From Camelus dromedarius (Eukaryota), in the NCBI RefSeq assembly GCF_036321535.1, contig NC_087436.1, positions 71,984,001 through 72,048,000 on the forward strand: a DNA stretch of 64,000 bases. Reading direction: 5' to 3'. Shown in pieces: positions 1-10,372 of the stretch. The position numbers and the translations under genes were made by a program. A model generated the notes under the pieces. That model saw only the letters and a program-made list of their open reading frames with translations. It did no database searches and had not been told where the DNA came from. Each line of letters opens with the position of its first letter. Position 1 is the first letter of the stretch.

Positions 1-1038
1 AAATGTTATATAGTGCAATTTAGGTCTTTCCTTGAGATGGTTCAGATTCTGTGCTTTTAAACATTATAGGAATCATAGCCTTAAATAGAAAAGAAAGATC
101 TAAAGAGAGCAATCTCTAATTTCACAAAATCTTGAACATGCTTTTTTCTTTTCTTACACTGCTGAGAACAAAATAAGGTAAAGTCAAATGTTAATTAAAA
201 GAGATTTAACTTAGATATAAAGAAAGTTAACCTTGGTTCCACATTTTGTCAAATATCAAGAATTAGCATCTTAAGGAAGATTGTGAAATCTATTAATTCA
301 GAATATTTTCAAATCTTTTTGAGAAGGTTTAGGGATGGTTTTATAAGAAATTAAGTAAGGAGAGGAAAACTGAAAAGTTTTGGAGACTTTTAAGATGTTT
401 AGCTATGTTAAAATAACATTTTAATATGTTTTAAGATATTTAGCATTCCTAGCACATATACTGGTTTTCAAATTGAAGAATCAGAGGGAAGTCATTTTTC
501 CCTCTACCAGGAACCTGTTATATGCCAGGTGACACACAGAAACCAATGACCAAGGTAAAATCTCTTAGAAAGCTCAGAATACAAATGGAGAGATGGCTGA
601 ATAATATTGGTGCTTACATTCATAGCCATTGTTTACTGAGCTTTTTACTATGTTCCAGGCTCTGTTTTAATTCCATTAGCTCAGGTAGTTTACACAGCAA
701 TTCTCTGAAATGAGGACCATCATCGTCTCCATTTTAGAGGTGAGGGTTCCAAAGCATGGAGATGTGGAGTAAAGCTGCACAGCTAGAAAGTGAGTGAGGT
801 GGCCTGGCTCAAACACTGGTAGTCACACTCCAGAGTCTGACTGTTCTTAGTCACTTATCCTATGCAGTCTCGCCAAATAAATGGTTTAAGTGTATTATAA
901 TAGATTTGGCATCAAAAGTGTATTTATATGGCTTTGGGCAGAAAGAAGGAAGGATCTTACTCTGCCGAAGAGGGTGAAAAACAACCTCCATCTGTTCCTC
1001 AGATAGAATGCTAAAAACACAGTTCTTTCATTTTTCAG

Positions 1039-1136
1039 TTTGATAAACTCCAGCATCTTGCAGATGAACCTCAGAATTTAGTCAAACAAAACTGTGAACT
1101 TTTTGAAAAACTTGGAGAGTATGGATTCCAAAATGA
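1039..1136 (+). CDS. ALB: ALB exon 10 (98 nt)
   Basis: ttttcag|TTTGATAAA...CAAAATGA|gtaagt; [32 protein letters not shown]. Confidence 0.96.
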
Positions 1137-4100
1137 GTAAGTATTTTGCTTATTGGCTATTTTTTCTTGATCATTTAGTAAATATTTAAGGCAATATATA
1201 GACCACCCATCATGGAACTTTTAATCATGAAAATAAAGTATGTATTTATAATCACTCTCTGTCACAAAAGACTGGAGAAAATGAGATAAAATAGTTGATG
1301 AAATGAAGAGGCCTGTATTTGAGTGAAGTTTAAAAAATTGATCTCTTAAGACTGGGAGGAAAAATGTCAAATCTTGGGATATAGGAACTGCGGATGCCCT
1401 TTGAAAGGTAAGGAGTAGTTTACGAGCAAACAAAATATAGCAATGGTTCACAGAGCAGGAAATAGTAGGTCTCGAATAGAAGTAGCTCAATAAGATGATA
1501 GATTAATGTCCTGATTAAATAGAGCCACATTATTCAGTAAATATTTATTGTTCAGCTTACACATGTTAGCACTCTTCTAGCTATCAGTGCTAGGAGTAAC
1601 AGCAATGAACAAGACACAGTTTCTTCCCTTGAGTAGATTCCAGTCATATATTGGCTTTCCGTGTATTAGCACTCTTCTAGCTATCAGTGCTAGGAGTAAC
1701 AGCAATGAACAAGACACAGTTTCTTCCCTTGAGTAGATTCCAGTCATATATTGGCTTTCCGTGTGTGATTAGCATTTGCATGTGGCATTAGATTAACATT
1801 TCATGTGGTGATTAGCATTCTTATTATTAGTAGCAGTAAATTATTATTAGTAAACTATTATTACATGTTAGCATATTATTATTACATGTTAGATACCATG
1901 TCAGGTTGATTGCATACTTTGTTTCTTTTAATTTAATCCTTATACCATCCCTATTGATCTTTCAAATTTAGTATAGTGCTGATATAGATTAAGCTCTCAG
2001 TAAGTTTTATTGAAAGAAAGATACAATTAATAAATATTTTAATGTCACTGAATTATAATAAGTCACTTTCCTAAGATTATACAGCACAGATGAAATTCAA
2101 AGCTAGGCTTAATTAGTTCTCAGGACGAAGTCTTCACCCACATTACCCCACCAATCTAGAGACGAAGATAATTTTACAAATGGAAAACCATCTTCATAGA
2201 TTTTTGGCTAAGTATTCTCTGCTTGACCTATTATGTTATAAAAAGACAGTTTCTTGCCTGGCTGAAAGGATATGAACTATTTTGTTACAGCATCTTAGTT
2301 CGTTACACTAAGAGACTACCCCAAGTGTCAACTCCAACGCTCGTGGAAGTCGCAAGAGGCCTAGGAAGAGTGGGCACTAAATGTTGTACACTTCCTGAAT
2401 CAAATAGAATGTCCTGTGCTGAAGACTACGTGAGTCTTTTAAAATATAATAAAGTTAAAAATGATGATTCTTTGCTTTTAGATGTGAACAAAGCTAACTT
2501 TCAGAAGCAGGGTGTATGTATGTGTTGTGTATATGGTAGTGAAAGCCAGGACTTGTTCACCTATATTATCCTGACCATCAGAATGAAGATTTATATACAA
2601 TTCTAAAAATGATAAATTGTTTTGAAAAATTTCCATGAATTTTCAATGTTCTATCCTGGCATTTTCTAAATTATTACTTTTTGGGGTCTTTTCTTTAATG
2701 TATCAGCATAGGACTGTTTCTTCCCTACTCTAACACATATTTCAGGACTCACCTCAAATTTTTTAATCAATTGTTTTCTCAAGTAAATTATTCTTAAAAT
2801 GTAGCCATATTTGATTAAAAGAGAAAAGACTGCTCATAGTCCCTTATTACTTGTAGTTCTAAAGATAAGCAAGTCACTGCCTCAAATCACCCCTGGATTC
2901 AGTGTTGCTAGTTAAAATATAACAAAACTTTTCATTATACTTCTGAATTTCTGCTCTCTGGCCTATTTTTAGCTGTCCCTGATCCTGAACCGGTTGTGCG
3001 TGTTGCACGAGAAGACACCAGTGAGCCCCAGAGTTACCAAGTGCTGCACAGAGTCCTTGGTGAACAGACGACCATGCTTTTCTTCTCTGACAGCCGATGA
3101 AACATATGAACCCAAAGAATTTGATGAGAAAACATTCACCTTCCATGCAGATTTATGCTCAGTTTCTGAGCCTGAGAAACAAATCAAGAAACAAACGTGA
3201 GGAGTATTTAATTACTGCATATATTTTAGTCTTGATAGTGAGAACTGTAAATTGAAAAGAGCAACTTTTTCTGAAGTAGTTATATACCTTAAGCACTTAA
3301 GTATTGGCCATATTAAGCTGATAAAAGTTTCAAGAATAAAATGGTGTTTTGTTTTCTTAGCAAAAGAAAAAAAACTGTATCATAATCTTGCCTCTAAATC
3401 ATTCAGAATAGTCTTGTGGATAAAAGCTGCTGTAGAATAATATCTTAGCCTAGCTCCAGGAAAAAAGCTGAAGAATTAACTGAGGCATTTCTGCAGATAG
3501 CAAATCAGTTAGTAGAAATCAGAGGAGAATTTATTTCTAGGTATGAATGGTTATTTTCAGTTTGCTCTATGGCAACCCACAGGTAAGACAAACCCTCAAG
3601 ATCTGACTTTTGAGAATGAAACTTGGATTAAAAACATCTGGGATTGTGAGTTCTGAGGCTTCACTCCCTATTACTGTCACAAGGGGTTATAATTGCATGA
3701 AATTTAGCAACATAAGGTTGCTATGATCTCTGGTGGCTTCTGATTATGACCATAGACTTAAGAGTACTATTGCAAAGCCTATCATCCCCACATGACCCTC
3801 TCCCTAGCACTGTTCTCTCTATAGATGCCAATGAAAGAGAACCACCAGCTCCCATGAATTTGAATAGTCTTATTTCCTGTGGCCTCTCCACAGTTAACTT
3901 TTAATGGGGCAAATTACAAAAACCAAATATAAAGATTCTCAGATTAGAAACTTTTAAAGTGGAGCCCAAGATAAGTAAGTTTTTAAGGATCCTTTTTAGC
4001 TCTTAAATAGCTATAAAATTCAATATGGCATAATTTCCAAAATGTTAATAGCGGATAAATGCAACGACATCATCCCTCCCGCTGATTTACTAGAGAACGA

Positions 4101-5169
4101 TTTGTTGAGATTTACTGACACTACAAATGTTGAGCAGTTTACAGTCAGTGCTTAATTTGATCCTTCCACTAACCCTGTGAAGGTGGATTTTATTCTCCTC
4201 ACTATGTAAATGTGAATATTGACACTTATAATGGTAAGCCTGGGCCTCAAAGCCAGAGTTGCCTGGCTCTAAGATTTATAATCTTAACCAGCAGTGCTAC
4301 CATCTTTACCATCTCCATTCTTCTTTAGTGAGTAAACTTTTTTTTTCTTTTTTTCTTTTCTTTTTTGTTTTCATTCAAATGCAGTGCACTCGCTGAGCTG
4401 TTGAAACACAAGCCTAAGGCAACAGACGAACAACTGAAGACTGTTATGGAGAAATTTGTAGCTTTTGTAGATAAGTGCTGCGCAGCGGTTGACAAAGAGG
4501 CCTGCTTTACTGTGGAGGTACTGGCGTTGTTTGTCTTCATGTTTGTGTGTCTCATTCCCTTTGCTGTTGCATTTGATCAGGCTAGGGATTAGTGCTTTAA
4601 GTGTCTGAAGGACACTGTGCATGCAGAATAGAAATCTTATCAATTGTCTTACAAAAGACTGAAATAGCTCTTTTTTAAAAAAAAAAAATCTCCTGCTTAG
4701 TATTTGTTCTCTTTCCAAAGTTGTGATGTTTATATATAGATACAAATATTTGTAAGGCCTGAAATCTTCTGGCAGAGACATTACCAAGCGAAAACATTAA
4801 TCTATTTAAGCAATTTCTTGAAAAATGCTGATTTGTGATTTGGTTGAATCTCAGTGCTTGGCTTTACAGGGTAATGGGGTAGTTTACAGTTAAATGTCTG
4901 AATCATTTACTATTTCCCCCTACGACTTGACAGTAATTTTTTTTATTCCTTTGGGGGCAATTATGCCACTGAGCTTCCTTCTAGAGATTCTAGTACTAAG
5001 CTGGAATTAAAGGATGTGATGTATGTACAATTACTTTGTAATCACCAATGGCTGTATAAATGTTACTTTTAAAATTTTAATAGTGATGTTAATATTTTCC
5101 CCACATCTGTCATTTCTTTGTATTTAGGGTCCACTTCTTGTTGCTGCAACTCGAACAGCCTTAGCCTAA
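1039..5169 (+). CDS. ALB: Serum albumin, 3' part (coding exons 10-14; gene starts upstream of window)
   Basis: Join 1039-1136, 2291-2429, 2973-3196, 4385-4517, 5128-5169 gives [53 protein letters not shown]...RRPCFS...FTFHADLC...KHKPKAT...[14 protein letters not shown], albumin domain III; GT-AG junctions, phases consistent. Confidence 0.98.
1566..1764. repeat. Perfect tandem duplication, period 100 bp
   Basis: 1566-1664 is identical to 1666-1764. Confidence 0.95.
2291..2429 (+). CDS. ALB: ALB exon 11 (139 nt)
   Basis: ttacag|CATCTTAGTT...GACTAC|gtgagt; [46 protein letters not shown]. Confidence 0.97.
2973..3196 (+). CDS. ALB: ALB exon 12 (224 nt)
   Basis: ttttag|CTGTCC...CAAAC|gtgagg; [18 protein letters not shown]...RRPCFS...KQIKKQ. 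Confidence 0.97.
4385..4517 (+). CDS. ALB: ALB exon 13 (133 nt)
   Basis: gcag|TGCACTC...GTGGAG|gtactg; [44 protein letters not shown]. Confidence 0.97.
5128..5169 (+). CDS. ALB: ALB exon 14 coding part (exon continues as UTR to 5195)
   Basis: tttag|GGTCCACTT...[19 protein letters not shown]; donor CTCAG|gtaac at 5195/5196. Confidence 0.96.
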   Translation, partial: GPLLVAATRTALA

Positions 5170-5269
5170 AAACAACACAATCATAAGCATCTCAGGTAAC
5201 TATACTTTGGGTTTTTTTTTTTAAAGTAATTATAATAGTTACTATTAAAATAGCAAAGATCAAATGACC

Positions 5270-5490
5270 AGTGCCAACCACTGTTCTAAGCTTGTTATGT
5301 ATATTAACTTCTTTAATTCTCAAAATACTTGCTTGAGTTGAGTACCATAAATATTCTCATTTTGAAGATGAGAAAATGAAGGCCCAGATCAAGGGATAGG
5401 TTAAGTCATTTACCCAAGGACCATCCAGCTAGTGAGAGATGGAGCCAAAATTCAAAATTCAAACCAGAGTTTGAGAGTTAACCATTGTCT
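5270..5490 (-). mobile_element. MIR SINE relic
   Basis: Degenerate MIR core (cattttgaagatgagaaaatgaaggcccaga...ggttaagtcatttacccaagg); boundaries approximate. Confidence 0.65.
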
Positions 5491-6454
5491 TGTTCTGACC
5501 TAATATGACACAGAAGACAGTCATTCAGCTAGGCAGCAATGGTTCAGCAGTGGAATATGTTAGGTAACAGGCCAGACCATATGAAGGTGCATTTTTGTAT
5601 GTAAAAGACCAGTTGAATATGAATGATTTTGCATAGTTCAACCATATAGCTCCAGAGCACATTCATTTCACTGGAGAATATAAGTCTATCTTCTGTGAAC
5701 TTCTACTATAAGTCAGTAATCTGCTACTAAGTTTTCAATGTGTCAACATACTGAGCCTTAAGAGAATTTCTCGTCTTATGACAAAAGACTCCCTTTAAAA
5801 TTTAGTTGTTTGAACATGAACATGTTTTATCCATTTGGTTATAATATTTTGGGGGAAATTAAAAAATAGAATAACTTCCTTTTTTGAAGCAAGTTGTTCA
5901 ACTATTTTTTTGCATGAATTATTTCCATATTTTTCAAACCAACTGTGATGTTTATTCCACTTTAGGTTTTAACTTGCTCATTGTCCTTATGGCAATACAT
6001 ACATATAATGCATTCAGGCAAGGAACCAGTTTCATATCTCTGCAAATTTGGGCATTTCAAATGTGATTTGTTTTAGTCCTACATGGCAAGATGTTCTTCC
6101 TAAAGGTCTAACTTTGAGAAGACAACTTTTTTGTTTGTAATTAACTTAGGTGAGAAGAAGATGTTAAGTAAATGACTGAGAGTTGATGATGAAAAGCCTG
6201 TGATGTTGAAGCTTGAGGAGCCTGATGACATCAGTGACAAAGAGGGGTCTATACAGTCCTTACTGGTGTGTCCTCTTAGGGGAGAACACAACAGATGTAT
6301 TCACCTGCCATGAGTCTAGGACAGGCTTGAGTCGTTTTCACTGGTAGAAATTGCAGAAAGACAATCTAAGCAATTTAGCATTCACTTGAATAGGTTTGAA
6401 AAAAAATGCCATTTTATAAACAGTAATTATATTTATCCTTTTGTTGTTCTTCAG

Positions 6455-6628
6455 CCTACCCTGAGAAGAAGAGAAAGAAAGAGAAATGGAGACCCAGAGC
6501 TTATTCATCTGTTTTTCTTTTTCTGTTGGTGCTAAACCAACGCCCTATCTAAAGAACACGGATTTCTTTAAACATTTTGCCTCTCTTCTCTATGCTACTA
6601 TTAATAAAAAAAAATGAAAAGAATCTAA
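6455..6628 (+). other. ALB: ALB exon 15 (non-coding 3' UTR)
   Basis: ttcttcag|CCTACCCTGAGAAG acceptor, resembles albumin 3' UTR; AATAAA at 6603-6608; 3' end approximate. Confidence 0.85.
6603..6608 (+). terminator. ALB polyadenylation signal
   Basis: AATAAA at end of exon 15 followed by U/GU-rich sequence; further AATAAA at 6840 and 6912. Confidence 0.8.
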
Positions 6629-6955
6629 CATAATTGTCCATGACTGTTATTTTTCAAAGATGTGTTGCCATTCTGAAATTTTTGTAAGTTCTGTCAAAGT
6701 CCCACTGTTCTCTCTTCCCCCATCTCAGCAGAGGACTTCCAGTTCCTTCTGGGTTAATTATGTAAAAGAAACATTAATATTGTTCTGAGTTATGGATTAT
6801 AGACATTCAAAGGAATATTTTAACATTATGATAGTTTCAAATAAAAGAATAGAAACTGTGGTATAGGTAAGGCATATAAAACATGGCTTTTTCTTACTAC
6901 TATAACCCAATAATAAATGTGAGGGACCCAGAAGGTAGAAATGATTGTAAAGATA

Positions 6956-7779
6956 CAGTTGTCCCCCTTTTCTGCAGGGAATACATTCCAAAACTCCCAA
7001 TGGATGCCTGAAATCCCAGATAGCACCAAATCTTATATATACTATGTTTCATCCTATACATACATAACTATGATAAAATTTAATATATAAATTAGGCACA
7101 GTAAGAGGTTAACAACAAATAATAATAAAATAGAACAATTATTACATATACTGCAATAAAACTTATGTGAATGTGGTCTTACTCTCTTAAAATACCTTAT
7201 TGTACAATTTTAATGCCTTTTCTATCTTAACTAAGCACTTATCACGCACTGTGGCTGTAATTTTTGCAGTTTGGGATGTGATAGGAAAAATAGCATGAAT
7301 TTTTTTTCCCTCCTCCACAACTTTACAGATAAAAGATTTATCCTTACTATTCTTAACAACCTCAGCCCGATTCTTTTTCTTTCCTTCTTAAGTGGAGAAT
7401 TTTCACCTTTTCACTTAAAGGAAGTGCTTCATAGCTTCTCTTTGGCATATTGTAATTGCCAGCATTACTCCCAGTGCACTTTGGAGGGATTATTAAGTAA
7501 AATAAGGGTGGCCTGAACCCAACTACACTGATACAGGGACAGCTGATCTGATTACTGAGAAAGTTACAGGTGACTAACAGGTGGGGCATGCTGGACAAAA
7601 GGATGATTCATGTCCTGGGCAAGACGGCATGAGATTTCAAAATGCTACTTGGAAAAGCATGCAATGTAAAACTTATGAATTGTTTATTTCTGGAATTTTC
7701 CACTTCATATTTTCAAACTGTAGTTGACCTGAGTAACTGAAACTACAGAAAGTGAAGCCGTGGATAAGGGGGACTACGG
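6956..7779 (-). mobile_element. Tigger7/MER44-type TcMar DNA transposon deletion derivative
   Basis: TA flanks at 6954-55 and 7780-81; imperfect TIRs CAGTTGTCCCCCTTTTCTGC / GTGGATAAGGGGGACTACGG; minus-strand ORF 7362-7598 retains MPKRSYEALPLSEKVKILHL, resembling a Tigger transposase N-terminus. Confidence 0.88.
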
Positions 7780-8683
7780 TACTAATTGAATTAGGATAAA
7801 AGCTGACCCTAGAAGAAATTTGAGGCAGTTTAGGATGACAATACAAGAAAAATGTAAGACCAAGTTTGGGGATGCATCATTGGAAGAGAGGATTAGGAAA
7901 TCTGGACAGAGTTACAGTAAAAAAATGATTACAATATATTGAACTGAGGGAGTACAAGTGTTAGAACGTGAAATTTTGTTGTAAAATATTAAGATGTTAT
8001 GCTCAATACTGAGCCTCTTTTCCATCTTCCTAGAGGTTGCTACTGACATCAGACCATTGTCTATGAATTGACACACTTAAAAATCATTTACAGCCTTACT
8101 AGTTTGAGTATTTTTTAAATTTGTATAAAATTGATTTCATACTAATGCTACCAACAGCTTGCTTTTTTTAACCCATAGTAACGTTAATTCCACACTCCCT
8201 CCCCATCTACCCCCAACCCCTACTTTGGCCTCCTGTTGACTGTATCAGATATTTTTCCACATTTCGTTGCAATCGTCACAAAGGTCAAAGATAGCCTTTA
8301 AAGGGAGAAACTGGCTCATGGAAGCTCCTAGAGCTAGACCTAGAAATTTTTGAGTAAGGCATTTCCACAGAACTGGATACACATGGGGCCAGGTCTGGGT
8401 GGCACTGCAGCCCAGGCCCTGAAAGGGAACTTAAAATTTTTGAGAAAAGACTCTCTAGAATGTGGGACTCCAAGATCCCAGCATCACCACTCCCCCCAGG
8501 GTCAACCAGATTCCCAGAGGAACATAGACACTTGACCCAAAGAGTGATCCAGGAGCCCAAGGCCCTCTCTGGTTCTGAGAGGTTGGCCTGGCAAGTGCAT
8601 CATTCTGACTGGTTGGCTGTTGCAGTTTGTCTTTTGCTGCACAGTGTGGAAGATTGGGCACAAAAATGGTGCAGACACACTAA

Positions 8684-8686
<3 letters not shown>

Positions 8687-8738
<52 letters not shown>
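8687..8738. repeat. (GT)26 microsatellite
   Basis: Uninterrupted GT run. Confidence 0.97.
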
Positions 8739-8741
<3 letters not shown>

Positions 8742-9591
8742 GCGCTCTTCTCTTCATATCACATCAGAGGATACGTCATAGCCACACGATTTATCACCAG
8801 GGATGCTAAGATTGAGCACTTGATTAAGGGAATGTTTGCCAGGTTTCTCGCTGTAAAGTTTTTTTTCCCTTTCCATACTCTATGTTTGGAAGGGAGTCAC
8901 TAATTCAGCCCACACTCAAGTGAGGGAGGGAGAGGATGAAGCTTCCAGAAGGGGGGAGTATCAACATCTATTATTTAGAATTCTTGTGAGAAAGATCTGT
9001 CACTTCACTACATTTATTTATTTAATCATTTATATCAATATGGATTCGTGTATATTTATTTTATACTTTGGGTTATAATTCAATGCTACATTATTTATTT
9101 TGCTATTCAAATTATTCCAGCTTTGGCCTTTGAGAGTTCTTGCAGGTTGGCTCCTGTGCCCCTTGACATGCTCCCATACTTTCTTTGCTTCTTTTGAATG
9201 ATTCTTATTCTTTGGCACTAGAGATGCTCTGGGTTCATCGTGTATTTTCCCTTCCCCAGACCTGGGAGCAGCCATGTCTCCAAGGAGTTCTGGTTCTGTT
9301 TACTAGAAAATGGTATTAGAAACAAGAATCTGAGCACTGGATGTGCTTATTGCTAATGTGGTATCACTATTTCTAGACTCAGTGATCAGAGCTAAGGGAT
9401 GTAAGTTTGGATACTAACCCATGTATATACATATAATGTAATTATTTCAATATCTGTCTATCAAAATATGAGTTCATACTGATGTCTCTAACCACTCCAG
9501 AACCACAGAAATCATTCGAGCCTTCTCCCTTTGCAATTCCCTCTTTGATGGTGAGAAACTTGTCTCTCACTATCTACCATGCATTTTTTTT

Positions 9592-9663
9592 CTTTTTTTT
9601 AAATTGAAGTATAATTGATTTACAGTTTTGTGTTATTTTCAGGTGCACAACAAAGTGATTCAG

Positions 9664-9720
<57 letters not shown>

Positions 9721-10067
9721 TACATATACACACACATATATATACATATATATTCTTTTTCAGATTCTTTCCATTATAGGTTATTACAAGATATTGAATA
9801 GAGTTCCCTGTGCTATACAGTAGGACCTTGTTGTTTATCTATTTTATATATAGTAATGTGTATTTGTTAATCCCAAACTCCTAATTTATCCCTAATCTTC
9901 TTTCTCCTAAGTTTGTTTTCTATGTCTGTGAGTCTGCTTCTGTCTTGTAAATAAGTTCATTTGTATCTTTTTTTTAGATTCCACATACAAGTGATACAGT
10001 ATTTGTCTTGTCTGACTTACTTCACTTAGTATGATAATCTCTAGGTTCATCCATGTTGCTGCAATCT
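9592..10067 (-). mobile_element. 5'-truncated cetartiodactyl-type L1 3' end with internal (TA)n(CA)n microsatellite
   Basis: Poly-T then attgaagtataattgatttaca...ttccctgtgctatacagtagg...catccatgttgctgcaa; TSD TGCATTTTTTT at 9580 and 10068. Confidence 0.88.
9666..9752. repeat. Compound (AT)n(AC)n microsatellite
   Basis: About 21 AT units then AC units, inside the L1 3' end. Confidence 0.95.
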
Positions 10068-10131
10068 TGCATTTTTTTCAACCCCAGGATACATATGAAG
10101 GAGTTTCAGAATTGTTGACCCATATCTCTAT

Positions 10132-10372
10132 TTTTATTTTTTAATTTATTTTATTTTCTTATTGAAGTATAATCAGTTTACAATGTTATATCAATTTCCA
10201 GTGTACAGAACAATGCTTCAGTTATATATGAACATACATATATTCATTTTCATATTCTTTTTCACTGTAAGCTACTACAATATCGAATATAGTTCCCTGT
10301 GATATACAGTATAAACTTGCTGAACTATTTTATATATACCAGTCAGTATCTGCAAATCTCAAACTCCCAATT
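10132..10372 (-). mobile_element. 5'-truncated L1 3' end
   Basis: T-rich tail plus attgaagtata...gttccctgtgatatacagt...caaactcccaatt; 14-bp TSD ACCCATATC(T/G)CTAT at 10118-10131 and 10373-10386. Confidence 0.88.

Noticed and set aside
7362..7598. Possible active or domesticated transposase
   Set aside because: Only a short, frame-disrupted N-terminal remnant with no catalytic domain
8460..8903. 147-aa ORF with a poly-(CV) run
   Set aside because: Translation of the (GT)26 microsatellite and adjacent L1 relic
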